Below, piece after piece: positions 25,150 to 37,250 of a DNA stretch of 64,000 nucleotides. The DNA comes from Podarcis filfolensis. Lineage: Eukaryota. The position numbers and the translations under genes are program-made. The notes beneath the pieces are model-generated. The model did not search any database. It worked only from the letters and a program-made list of their open reading frames with translations, and was not told the origin of the DNA. The stretch lies in NCBI GenBank assembly GCA_964270895.1, contig OZ185436.1; one strand, 5' to 3'. Position 1 is the first letter of the stretch; every line of letters starts with the position of its first letter.

Positions 25150-26950
25150 GGCAGATTAGCTGGCAGGTAACATCAGCTAGTAAAGCAAGTGGCAATGGCT
25201 AAAAGGTTATTCCCTTACATCTCAAAACCCCCGTTGCTAATATTGCTACGGAAAGACCTAATCCAATAGACCAGGCTTCATCAATGAATAAAAAGATTGA
25301 AAAACACCACGTTAAATGCTTATTTGATTTTCATTCATGGCTCTTTGCACCAGCAGAGTGCAAGCGACCACATCTCAAAGGTTATGATTAAGCACCTTGA
25401 CAACCTGGAAGTCGATGATAAGGTATTTTCCTCTGCTAGCCGAAGCACAACGTACCTTCTTGAAAGGTGGCAGTAAGTTTCTTAGAAAAGGCAGCTTATT
25501 CTTGACTTCATTTAATATCAGGTGCATTTTGTCACCTTAACCAACTGAGTTTTGTGACCAAAATATTGTTGATCAGATTTAAACAAAAAACACAATGCAC
25601 TCAACACATTTTCTTGGTGCTTGTTCGTGCAAGTTGGATATCAGATGGTGATTTCTTCCTATATATAGTCAACCAGGTTATAAACCTCAACTTTGAACTA
25701 CAATTTCCTTTCAACTTCTAGTAGGCCTTTAAAGGATTCCAAAAATAACAAAAAGGCTTGCTCTTACTGGAGTCTCCTGAAGGACAAAAATCAATGCTAT
25801 CTTCAGAATAATCTCTATCCCACTTCAGGAACAGAGCCAGCTCCCAACAAAGGGTCTTTGTCCATGAAAATGAATTCCACCTTGAATGCAGAAAGGACGA
25901 TTTTCTTATTAATAAGCCTGCCAAAAGTAAAGTATTTTCAAAGAGGGGAAAATAAGAACTTATCTAGAGCTACTGTGCAATACATCTTGCAGGAACTGGT
26001 ACATTATCTGTTTTACCTAAAGCTCATTCCTCTGGAAGAGATGTCAGAATCCATGTCGCAATCTACATCTCAAAGGAGAAAGTGAGAGGAGTCTGGCATA
26101 AGGCAAAAAGCTGGTTACAATAAAGCCTGCTGTTTAAAAAGTCCCAGCCCCCACATACTATCACAGCTATCTCACTTTCAACAGTCCCTCTTCTGTTTAC
26201 TTCGATCTCACTGTTGCAGCACATACAACCTACACGATAATCCCTTCCAAGGAAAGAGAGACAATGCAAAATACAGGAAAGGCTTTCTCTACATGCCAGT
26301 GTCAATGCATTCAAAGACAGCTCTTACATTGGCAATGCCCTCCCCCCACTCCTAAGTGAAGTACGCTAATAGCAAACTAGGTTAAGCACTCAAAAGGTAC
26401 GTGATATTGGTTACCTTTGGGGGGTGACGTTTTTATACTGCACAATAACATATAAACAGAGGTTATTTGCAAAGATATTCATGAGAGGCCTTGGTGGGGT
26501 TTTAACTTCCAACTGGTTCCTCATTGTAACTATGTGGCCTTTCAATTGATAGTTACTACACTTCATGGTTGTGCCTCCAAATTCCACCTTATACTATGGA
26601 AAAGGAGATGCTATGTTCACAGATTTCTATTAGAACCAAGTTGTATCACTGCCAGTATTCTTTGCAAAGCCTTTTCCCACACCAATAGAAAGGCAGCTCT
26701 ATGCCTTGGATTTTCCACAAATCCCTGGTCATCTACGCTGAACGATGAAACATTTGGGGGCAGAGCTGCCAAACTACAGAATGGACTGAAGAAGCTGGAA
26801 TGGATACCAAAACCCATTCTAGGAAAGAACAAAGGTCCACGCAGCATTCCTGTCAGATTCCGGTCAGGGCATACCTTCACTCAGTCTCCAAACAGAATTC
26901 AGACATCTCAACAATGTGTAAACCTACATCAAAGTACCGAGATTTAGGAA
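25150..26950 (+). mobile_element. Decayed DIRS1-like (tyrosine-recombinase) retrotransposon
   Basis: One frame at 26469-26711 reads AKIFMRGL..SNWFLIV..WPF..**..FMVVPP....FTDFY*NQVVSLPVFFAKPFPTPIERQLYALD, then a frameshift to SLVIYAER (26722-26745). This is collinear with recalled vertebrate DIRS recombinase motifs. Upstream KHLDNLEVDDKVFSSAS (25390-25440) resembles the DIRS gag-like ORF1. Outer boundaries are approximate. Confidence 0.62.
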
Positions 26951-27289
26951 TTCTTCTGAAATTGCCAAGTGAATTTCTTCCCTGATTCTTTACATCTGGG
27001 TTATCTGGCCTTCATTCCAAAGTGGAAGTGACACATTAGGAGGTCTCTATTGTTCCATGTTTTTAGTTCTGTATTTTGTAGAGTCGTCTCACTTCTTCCT
27101 CCCTGCCCCCTGCATTTCAATTGCACACCTGCACATCACTTTACTTTTGCTGTGTTTTTGCAGTGTTTATTATCAATTTTCTTGTGTGCATGGATAAAAT
27201 ATTGTGAAAGGGGGGGGGACACAGCTTGTAGTGATGGTGCACATGGTTGTCTCAAGATTATGTAGCAGAGGGACCCACTAGTAGTTGGC

Positions 27290-27915
27290 AACTGTCTGTC
27301 TTGAGAGACAATGAAATGCACCTCTGTGGGTGAAGTCAAACTGCTGGAGAAACACTGTCTACTATGGCTGCAGAGACTCACCTGCGGATTTTTTGCTGTG
27401 TTAGCAGCACCAAAGTGAACTCTCTGGGGCACAAGTCTGAGCAGTGTGTATGGAGGTCCTGGGCTGCCCAGACGACAATACCCTTGTCTCAGCCTCACCA
27501 AAGGAAAGCAGAGCGATACATTTGGCACCAGCTTGGCTGCAGAAGTTGCCAGGAGCAGTAGTACAGGGCGCCACCTTGGGGACTTCAGATTTGAATAGGG
27601 TTTACTCCGTAGCCTTTTCTTCTTCCAAAGATGCCTCACAAGACAGTGGATACAGATTTTTCCTCAGGGTTTATTCCCAAAGCCTTTCTCACCAATGATT
27701 ATAGCCGCAAGGCAGCAGAAGTTTAGGATTAGAGTTTTCCTTCTCCTAGATGGGCTACCTTCCTAGGTTCATGAACCCCATCTGCCCCTCATTTCCTCTA
27801 CGGCACATGCAGTAACTGCTTCTTGACTGTTGGACCCGCTACTGATCTTGTCTACTCATCCGCTGGAACTTGTCTTCGTATGCAGGGGAAGTCCCTAACT
27901 CATGGAAGGTTTGCA
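27290..27915 (-). mobile_element. Probable 5' region of an RTE-type LINE
   Basis: GC- and CpG-richer than flanks. Minus strand ggaagaagaaaaggctacggagtaaacc...gcagccaagctggtgccaaa...gggcagcccaggacctccatacacactg resembles RTE 5' UTRs (recalled resemblance only). Confidence 0.45.
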
Positions 27916-29184
27916 CATGTAGAACACTGTACAAAAATAAACTTACATTATGCGTATTGATTGCATACCTTTAATGCAACATCAATGCACATGTGTGCAA
28001 CCACACAGAAGGGAACATATGTGAAGGATGTAAAAGCTGCAACTCTATTCATGCTCCAAATCCAGAATTAATGTTAGCAACTCTCCTAATTAAACCCAGT
28101 TTCAGAAGGAATGGGATGCAGAGCACAATGAACCACAGAACAATACAAGAATTGAATGGGGGGAGTCCTCTTGCCCTTACCAAGAGCACAGTTTCTTCCT
28201 CTCAAGCCATCTTGCACAGATTGCTTGTGCATCCCTGAGTGCTCTACAATCATTTGCAAGCTGCCACCTTGTTTCTTGTGGGCAAGCACCAATAGGGTTA
28301 TAGCAGCTTGCTGGGCTTTCCTTGGAAACCCACCTAAAGGGGAAACATTTTACTATGCTTGTCCTTAGCTACAAACACAGTACATGCTATTGAAGAGTCT
28401 TTCTATAGTAGCATCCTACAATGTCTGATGACATCCCTCCCTCCCACAGATGCCCTGTGCTGCTCTTTCCTGCCACTGTTTCCCCCCATAACACAGGCAA
28501 TGCAAGTGCTCCCAGTGTTTCCTGAACACTCAGTGATCATTGCCAGTGCATGAGAATTGAACGGAGCAGATTAGAGGGTGCTTTACCCCCTGTGGTGTGA
28601 TCAGAACACTTGGCCCACAAAGAAAAGCAAACCACTCAAGTGCAACTCTGCCCAAAGTCTGACTGTTTCCCATGCAGCAAGCTATTTTGCCTACCTCAGG
28701 CTATATGCCACAGTGAGCATCCCTATGTTAAGGTGATGAGTAGGGGCAGTGTGTGTGTGAGAGTCTCTGTGTTCACTATGTTTGTTTATGTGTTCTGCAC
28801 CTGTAAATTTGGATGCATACAGGTGCATGATGTGTACCTAATGTGCATTTGGCCTGACCACTTTGAGACCTGGTCCTGCCCACTGTTCGCATGCAGCCTA
28901 CAAAAAGCTTTCTATGCATTTCTTGACCCAAAAGAGTCTTCCTCCAACAGTGTAGACTCAATGTACACACACATTTCACATGTAAACTAAACATTTTTAT
29001 CTGCACAGAAGTCTGGAAAAGGCAGCTACAAGAAGAAATGCTCACTATTGACTAACTGACAAAATATCACAACATAGGCAATGACGCATTTTGGAACTGA
29101 GGCCCCAACATAGTGCCCAGTGGCACTGATACATTTTCCACCACCACAGCACCCCAAAGTACAGAACGCACCCTAATTCATGTA

Positions 29185-29537
29185 AAGGTAAAGGTAAAGG
29201 GGCCCCTGACCATTAGGTCCAGTCGTGACCGACTCTGGGGTTGCGGCGCTCATCTCGCTTTATTGGCCAAGGGAGCCGGCATACAGCTTCCGGGTCATGT
29301 GGCCAGCATGACTAAGCCACTTCTGGCGAACCAGAGCATTGCACGGAAACGCCGTTTACCTTCCCACCAGAGCGGTACCTATTTATCTACTTGCACTTCA
29401 ACGTGCTTTCGAACTGCTAGGTGGGCAGGAGCAGAGACCAAGCAACGGGAGCTCACCCCGTCGCGGGGATTCGAACCGCCGACCTTATCAGCAAGCCCTA
29501 GGCTCTGTGGTTTAACCCACAGCCCCACCCGCGTCCC
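29185..29537 (-). mobile_element. Sauria SINE, full length
   Basis: 5' gggacgcgggtgggg and 3' (ACCTTT)n tail; perfect TSD ctaattcatgta (29173-29184 / 29538-29549). Confidence 0.97.
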
Positions 29538-29775
29538 CTAATTCATGTACATGAGAGAAAATAAAAGGGTATGCTGGGGGGACTCCAGTGGGTTGGGGAG
29601 GCGCAACCTACCATTACTCCCAGTGTCAAGGCTGAAGTGCAGGGCTTGCCTTCACTTGAACCCAACTGCAGCCATGGACTCACAGGGTGGAAAGCAAAAC
29701 AGACTACAACTGGGGGCACAGTTTAGATGGGAGCAAAACCTGTCCCTTCCCCACCCCAGATAGTGGAGTCAACAG

Positions 29776-29830
29776 CAGGGGTAAGGAACCTGTGAGGCCC
29801 ACAGGTATTGCTGGACTCCAGCTCCCATCA
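29776..29830 (+). mobile_element. Left half of a hAT-type MITE
   Basis: caggggtaaggaacctgtgaggcccacaggtattgctggactccagctcccatca. Confidence 0.55.
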
Positions 29831-32204
29831 TAAAATGTTTTCTGTGCCCTAGAGTTACATGGACAGTGTAAGTAAGGAACACACAATGACCATGATTTTA
29901 TTAAGGGTTCGAAAATGAACTTCTATAAATAAGATGGGAAAGAACTCATGTAAAATTTGTTCCAAATTTAGAGCAAATTTAACAAGTCATGACATTGGCA
30001 TATAAACTAAGATAATCCAGGTTCAAGTATGGGTTTTCTTCTAACCAATTAAATTGATAGATTTCTTTTTTTAAAAAAAATAGTAGCCATTCTCTGGAGC
30101 ACTCAACAGGATCTATGCAAATATTTGAAACTGATACCAGTGAAATGCACTTCCCACTGAAAGGCACTTGCAGATATTACCAATTTGGTTTGATTTTTTA
30201 TTTTATTCACTTTTTGATAAATAAGCTGCACTAACTCCTAGAAGACCCCTGTAATAGGTAAGATAAAGTTAATCTACTAATGTTTTTACCAGAGTAAACC
30301 CCAGAACAGAAACACATTACTTCCCTATGATGGAATTTTAAATCAAGGGAAGGGATTAAACAGTATTACTGAGCTGATGATAGTGACTTGAAAAACACAC
30401 ACAATGGATTGTGGGTAATGATCATTATTTGCTCTGCTATTTGTATTCTAGGAACAGTGCTTAACTCTCAGGTGCCCGTGTGTGTTTTGCTTATGATTTC
30501 AATGAGAATATTATGAATGGATTGTGTTAAGTAAAGCTAAGCAGGGCCAGGCATGGATGGCTCAGTATGCAGTTTGTTGTATTCTATTTGACTCCTCATT
30601 CCTACGATATGTTTAAATGCATGTGCATCGCTGAGCAAACTTACATGTTTTGCTTTGAATGATGCATTCTTAAAAATAAAAAATAAAACCCTAGCGCTGT
30701 AAAACCGAATCGGACCAGGAATATGTGTGATATGTGAGCACCAGCTAAGGAAAGGGTTGGCTCAGCCTACATTTTTTCTTGGAACTGTGGGATGGACCTG
30801 GCTATGCAGCTACTAATCAGCAAAGGCACTCTAAAGGTTTGCTACACAGTCACCATGACAGCTCGATCAGCAATAAACTAGAGATTCGGAGTCTCAAGAG
30901 GCTAGTGAAATCAGACTTCCAACGCTCCTATAGCAGGGCACCTTGGAATCTAAAAGACCTTCTCAGTCTTGCTGCTGCATCAGCTGCCAACCCATTTTGG
31001 GAGGAGAGTGACAGATGTGTTATAAAATTAGTGCCTGGATTCACTGATCCAATAGTCGCTGAGGTGGGAAGTAACGAGACTACTGACAAAGAAGGTATTT
31101 CATTCAATTGGTTCACACACCACTGCTTTTTTCTGCAGAACGGAATGGAGGCAGTCTGTGACACAATGGCCTCGTGTATGCCTAACAGACCCTCCTCTGG
31201 CCAAAGTGGTAGACAAAAGGATATAAATATAAAAGGAATTCAAAATTTCAACATCAGCATTAGTTAGAATACTTAAAAGGGCACATGGTAAACGACTGCT
31301 TCCTATAAGACCCCATTGGCAGCAAACCTCTCCACGTCTGTACAAAATGATGCAACAAATAAGGAAGTTTAGCAAATTCCTGCTGAACCAACTTCAGTGT
31401 CACAGCAGTCACTTAACAAGCCCACCACAATGCACTCTTACCATTATGTACTACAGAATCCTGCAGGCTCTTGATCCTTATTTATATTTTTGGCAGCATA
31501 CTTTTGATATGCAGGGACATAACTTTCAGGGTTATTATCGGCAGCTCACTCTCCATCCTTGAGTTGGGGTTCTCAAGCCTTTCACAACTTCATTAGAGGA
31601 ACTGGTTCAGTGGGTCAGAAGACAGATAAAGATGGGCGTTTGGAATACTGCTTGACTAGAAGCAGGGCTCACATTTGTCCCTCCAGATACTTCACTCTTC
31701 TACCACAATTACTCATCCCGGATTTTCAGAGTCTGCAAATGTCAGAATGTATCCACTGCATCTGTGCCAGTTCCTTACATGACCTAGAAAATGAGATGTT
31801 TCTGGCACTTCCTAGCCATATAACCAATGCTTGGAAGAGACACTCGGACATAAATTATGAAGGAGCTATAGAAAGCCTCACCATTCCAAGGCTTTGCAGC
31901 TCTTATCTCATTACTTCCAGCGTCTGATTTGAAACAAATGGCCAAGCCTTTTGTTTTATATTACAAAAGGTTATTTACATAGCATTTGGATGTGCAAATG
32001 CTTTACAAGACCATGCACAATTCAAAATACCTCTTTTTGAGGGTGTTCGTTTCCTATTCTCATTTAACAAATGGGGAAGGGGGTCTTTAAAATGAAACTT
32101 GCTGAGGCAACCAATGAAAGCAGCTCCAGATGTTTACCTTGAGTGAGCTGCACTTGATCCAAGGAGCTCATTAACTTCATGCAAGAGGCCTGCATGGTCT
32201 GTTT

Positions 32205-32330
32205 ATTAGCGTAGTGGTGAGAGTTTTATACTACTGCCACAGAGATCCAGGTTCAAACTCTCATTCAGCCAAGAAGGTCACTGGGTGATCATGGGCCAGT
32301 CACTCCCACACTCTCAGTCTAATCTGCCAA
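32205..32330 (+). mobile_element. Old tRNA-derived SINE (Squam3/MIR-like) 5' part
   Basis: gcgtagtggtgagag (A box), ccaggttcaaactc (B box), then ctgggtgatcatgggccagtcact. Confidence 0.6.
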
Positions 32331-33694
32331 GTGATATGTGATTAATATCAACATGCAAAGTGATGCCCAGTAGGCAGAAAGAAGTGGTGGCTAGAGCAGG
32401 AAGTCAAACATGATGCCTCACAATGATGTGGAACCTTGTTATGCCTCAGACTCTAATGTTCTTGCTGAAAGTATGCCTGTGATAGAACCAATGACAGATT
32501 TGCTTGAGAGTGAGAAGAGCCGGTTTCCAGGGCAGTCTTAGATGTGCTTCTACAAAATTGCCTTTCAGTTAAAAAAAGATGGTGGGCTGGGAGGGAGGGA
32601 GGAAATGAAGACTTCTACCCTGCCAAAAATTCGTGCAAAAGGAGCAGCATCACAGCAATTCCTTCTGGTCTACTGAAGCTATACAAAAGTGGTTTCAGTC
32701 CACCCTGCATAATATATACTGTCAGTTATGCCTCTGACTCTCTCACTGAAAGCTTCTCTCCTCTCACCTCCCCCTTGAAGCTCATTATGGATAAATGTAT
32801 TAGACCACATTCTATTGATCCTTAGCTACCTTATTTATCCCAAGATCTGAAACCCAGGGGACTGATATGTAGTAAGGCATTCTATTGGCATTTTCAGAAA
32901 TCTTGACATCTTCCATCAGTGCACTGCAATAGCTGTCAAACAAAGGATCATATTAAAAGACTGCTTGGCCTGTGATAAGCACCCAATTATTACTGTGCAT
33001 GGCTTCCTCAGGTCTGAAGATTCATACTGGTGGCACTCAAGCATGGAGGAGAGGAGATAAAATTTAATTAATAATTTTGACAGCTAGGCCAACAGCCTAT
33101 TAAATGGCTGTTCCTTGCTGTTTTCCACCATGACCTTATGGCTTGTAAACATTACAGACCTTGACTGGTCATGAGCTCATCGTGAGCTTTAATTTATGGC
33201 ACAGGTTGCAAGTCATAATTAGCTAGTCTTAAATGGAAGCTTTTCCAGGGCTCCCACGGAAAGCCTCATATGCTTTGCATAAAGAGATTCTCTTTTAGCT
33301 ATTCCATGCGCACGGAATATAAAATGTAATTTCCCAAGGGTTAAGGCCATGTCACAGAAGAAAGGTAGGACAAGTATATTCCCTGTATTTTCAAAGATTA
33401 TAATTTGTTCCAATAAAAGTTGGTCAGTGGCAACTAATGATAGGGATCAGCAGCATGTAGACCATCATCATATTTCTCCTCTAGTAATTCCTGGTTTCGA
33501 ACTAGGGAACATAAATTCTGAAAACACAGAGCAACAATGGAAACACAATTAAAAATGTGCTTTAGATGGTGTTAAAGCTCGGGGGCGGAAATACAAAAAT
33601 AGCTAATGCACAATGAAATACATGGGGTTTATTTCAAAATAATGTGCTTAGCAATATGACTGACTTTAGCAATATATTCACAATAAAAAGAGCC

Positions 33695-33695
<1 letters not shown>

Positions 33696-33735
<40 letters not shown>
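33696..33735. repeat. (AAT)n microsatellite
   Basis: About 13 perfect TAA units. Confidence 0.95.
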
Positions 33736-35867
33736 TTATTTGTAACCCCCCCCCAAATATAATCACTGAAACATGCTATCAAAAAATATTAGCAGCACAT
33801 CGCAAGTAAAAGGGGATGAGAGGGCATGGGAAATACCCTTATTAGTCTGTGTGTTTGGTATGTACTTCCTTCAATAGTATTGCATCCAACCTAGCATCCA
33901 TGACATAAGATGGATGCTTATATATGAATGTGAGCACTGCACAAGGTTATGGTATTTGGAAATAAATAATTATGACCTCACATGAGTAAAGAAAGAACGT
34001 GTCTCTTTTACCATATGAGTGTGCAGTGGGGGGGGCTGCAATTGGATATAAGGCATAGCTCTTCTTTGACCATTTAAGCAGAAGAAAAAAACCAACCAAT
34101 TATACAAAGCCCGCCACATGACTCTTCAGCGTGTACCATTCCTTCTGCCTTATAAATCCTTCCACCAGTCAATAATCCATCAGACACCAGATGTACTAAG
34201 ATGGCAGAGAATCAAATTTTTGTTCTCTTCTCCCCCCCTGATTTGGATGGGAAATGAGGAGAAGGGCAGAAAGCAGTTATACATATATATCCAGCTGGCT
34301 AGACAACCTCTCCTGTGCCCCTTCTGCCTCAGGCAGTTCTGTGGACTGCTCAAGTGGCCTCAGGAGCTGTCAGGTGGTCAAATTAACAGCACTTGGATTT
34401 TGGGAACTGGTTGTTCTTCTAAGGAATGTGGCTGTCATTCTCAGAATGCATTACTGCTATTGGGGATGTAAATATTAGCATTGCTCTCCACCAGAGAAAG
34501 AAAAAACAAAATGGCTCACGAACACAGAGAATCTCAAATGCCTGTGTGGTAATGGCATAAGACAACTGAGTTCCATGTCACATGGGGGGCTCATTCAGCA
34601 GATTTTTCCAAAGGAAGAATGGAATGGATGTGTGTACACAGAAAGAGAGAGAAATCAAGCTCACACACAGAGAGAATGTAGATAACTTACAAGCCCCCAA
34701 GCAATATCTTTGCAAGTCAGTACCCCAGCTTAGTCCCAGGGACTGCTGCCTCAGGCTGTGGATTGGCAAGCAAGTGAAGAGCTCAAATGCCTAGGAGCTG
34801 CTCTGTCCAATAAGCTATAGTTCTCCCACAAGGCAGAGCAGATAAATAAACATATTGGTGTTCCCTGAAGCTCTCCTTTTTCAACCCTGCTGGTCTTTTC
34901 CATGGACTCCAAAGCGAGGTAATGGCCGCAAGCACATTATATGGCACATATTTATACCTTGCTCTAAACTTTTTCAGATACAGATCCAATCTGAGATGGG
35001 GGAAGCCAAAATAAATTCTTCAAAATGTGCTGCATTTTAAGGACTAAAGGGCATTCATGGAAGGAAGTCTGAGGTGCTGGTTCTGTCCTTAATAGAATCA
35101 TCACAGTTCTATCAGCTTGTGATGTTTCACGGTCCCATCAACAATATGCATGCATATACAGTGATTTCTAGCATACTTTTTGTATACTTAAAAGGTCATT
35201 CACAAAAGGAGGTAGGTGTTATTTTGTTTCCTCTTACCAAACTGGTGGAAGAGCTGTGGTGAGCTTAACTGCATCTCCATGGAATAAAACTCCTAAGCGT
35301 CACAAAAATTTAAAAACTGAGACAGAGTGAATGGGAATCGGCAGTGAGTACTGTTCTCAATGCACAGGGCAAAGATCCAACAGGAGAACCTTAGGCTGCT
35401 GCTGCTCACCCTATTTAACAAATCCCAAGGAGCATCTTTAGCTCCCCTCTCCCAGAGCAAGACAAATGCAGAAATGCAAATGAGTCTTTTGCAGGAAGCT
35501 TTGCACACCCAAAGAGGCTGCCAAGCAAACAGTTTTCCTGGGTAGTGCATCCAAGGCTCACTTAATTCTAACTGCGTCCCATACTGCTTATTCATTGCCA
35601 CCATCAAAAGATGGTATTCTAAAGCTGCAGTCCTGCAACGTAATAGCTCTTTCTGAAAACCTGTAAAACATTTAAAGTTGTTTAATTCAACAATGGAATC
35701 TCGAAGGATCCCTTCCCCAAAACTGCACTCTCAACCAGAGTACAAGCTACTCAGAATTCACAGAAATGCTGCCAAAAGCAGCCTTCCCTGAAAGAATTAT
35801 CCTGTCCAGGTATGTAACTTTTAGAATGGCTTGCTATATAGCTTGTAACCATTATCCTGCATTAGAA

Positions 35868-35987
35868 CATGAGCGTAGTCAGGGGGCAGCTGCCCCCAAT
35901 CAATAAAAATACATAGTTAACTGAGGTTTTGCCCCCCCCCCCCACAAAAGGCCTCCCCCCCCAAAAAAAAACCTGGCTACACCTATG
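35868..35987. mobile_element. Short MITE with 16-bp imperfect TIRs
   Basis: catgagcgtagtcagg versus the reverse complement of the right end, cataggtgtagccagg; internal poly-C and poly-A runs. Confidence 0.6.
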
Positions 35988-36028
35988 AACTAGTAGCCAG
36001 AAACCTGGATCAGGTGTGCAGAGATTGG

Positions 36029-36400
36029 CTGCATTTCAGATGCAACACAAAGCATCTTTTGTTTCATCGCACTACACATGAGCTATATGCAGCTCAGGGA
36101 GCTCCACCTTCTCTCCTTGTGCACAAACCAACTTAGTGTTATGTCCAAGTGAGCATTTGCAGTTTCTTTTCCCTGAACAAAAGTTGGGAAGCTCAGAAGA
36201 AAACAATGGCTTCAGATTGTGATTTCTTTGGAGAAACACTATATGCATGGGTTCAAATGGAACACCAAGATGACAGCTCTGCAGTTTGCTTCCTGCTTTG
36301 ACTAAGAAAGGCGCAACGCAGCAGAGCTTGAGCTGTAGGCTTACAGCTCATGCACAAGATGATTAAACCATTTATACTTTGTGACATTATATCTGAATGC
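36029..36400. mobile_element. MITE-like element with inverted ends
   Basis: Left gcatttcagatgcaacacaaag versus the reverse complement of the right end, gcattcagatataatgtcacaaag. Confidence 0.45.
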
Positions 36401-36421
36401 TCTCTCTCTCTACACACACAG

Positions 36422-36456
<35 letters not shown>
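36400..36456. repeat. Compound microsatellite (CT)n(CA)n(GATA)n
   Basis: Directly visible, about 8 GATA units. Confidence 0.95.
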
Positions 36457-36922
36457 GAATACCGTATTTCTGAACGTTATGGGATAAGATTGAGAATACT
36501 TGCCACAAGAGCAGCTATTTTCAGGGACATCTCTCTGTCAAGTAAAATGCACACTTCATCCCTCACTCAGCAGTTCTCTTAGCACTACTGGCAAGAATCC
36601 CTTATTGAGACTACCTGAATGGGCATTTTTTTCCAGAGGATTAAAGCTTGATGTAAAACCTATTGGTTGCTGAAAAGGGGCAGCTGAAAAGAGGATGTTT
36701 GGAGGAAAGAGAGCAAGGCATTAGCAGGGAGGGATACTTGCAAAATCTAACAGGAGAATGAGATCAGTGACATGGTGCACGGAGCTGTAAATAACCTTCA
36801 TCACATCCCAGACTAGTAGAATTTAATCCAAACTGCATGTTGCATGGATAGCCTTCCATGATGAAAGCTATTTAGAGAGCTCTAAGTCTACACACTTTCG
36901 TCATCAAGCTTGGTAGCTAAAA

Positions 36923-37250
36923 CATTAGGTCTAGTTATGAACGACTCTGGGGTTGTGGCGCTCATCTCACTTTATTGGCCAAGGGAGCCGGCATACAGCT
37001 TCCGGGTCATGTGGCCAGCATGACTAAGCCGCTTCTGTCGAACCAGAGCAGCGCACAGAAACGCCGTTTACCTTCCCGCCGGAGCGGTACCTATTTATCT
37101 ACTTGCACTTTGACGTGCTTTCGAACTGCTAGGTTGGCAGGAGCAGGGAACAAGCAACGGGAGCTCACCCCGTTGTGGGGATTCGAACCGCCGACCTTCT
37201 GATTGGCAAGCCCTAGGCTCTGTGGTTTAGATCACAGTGCCACCCGTGTC
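36923..37250 (-). mobile_element. Sauria SINE lacking its 3' tail
   Basis: High identity to 29185-29537; the sequence stops before the gggtccctttacc tail. Confidence 0.93.

Noticed and set aside
25718-25924. Minus-strand exon-like ORF after a ttttggcag acceptor
   Set aside because: No known PPP2R2B peptide, and it lies inside the DIRS-like relic on the opposite strand.
29113-29541. 142-aa ORF and the similar ORFs at 15628, 36975 and 44476 as a repeated protein family
   Set aside because: All are translations of Sauria SINE sequence.
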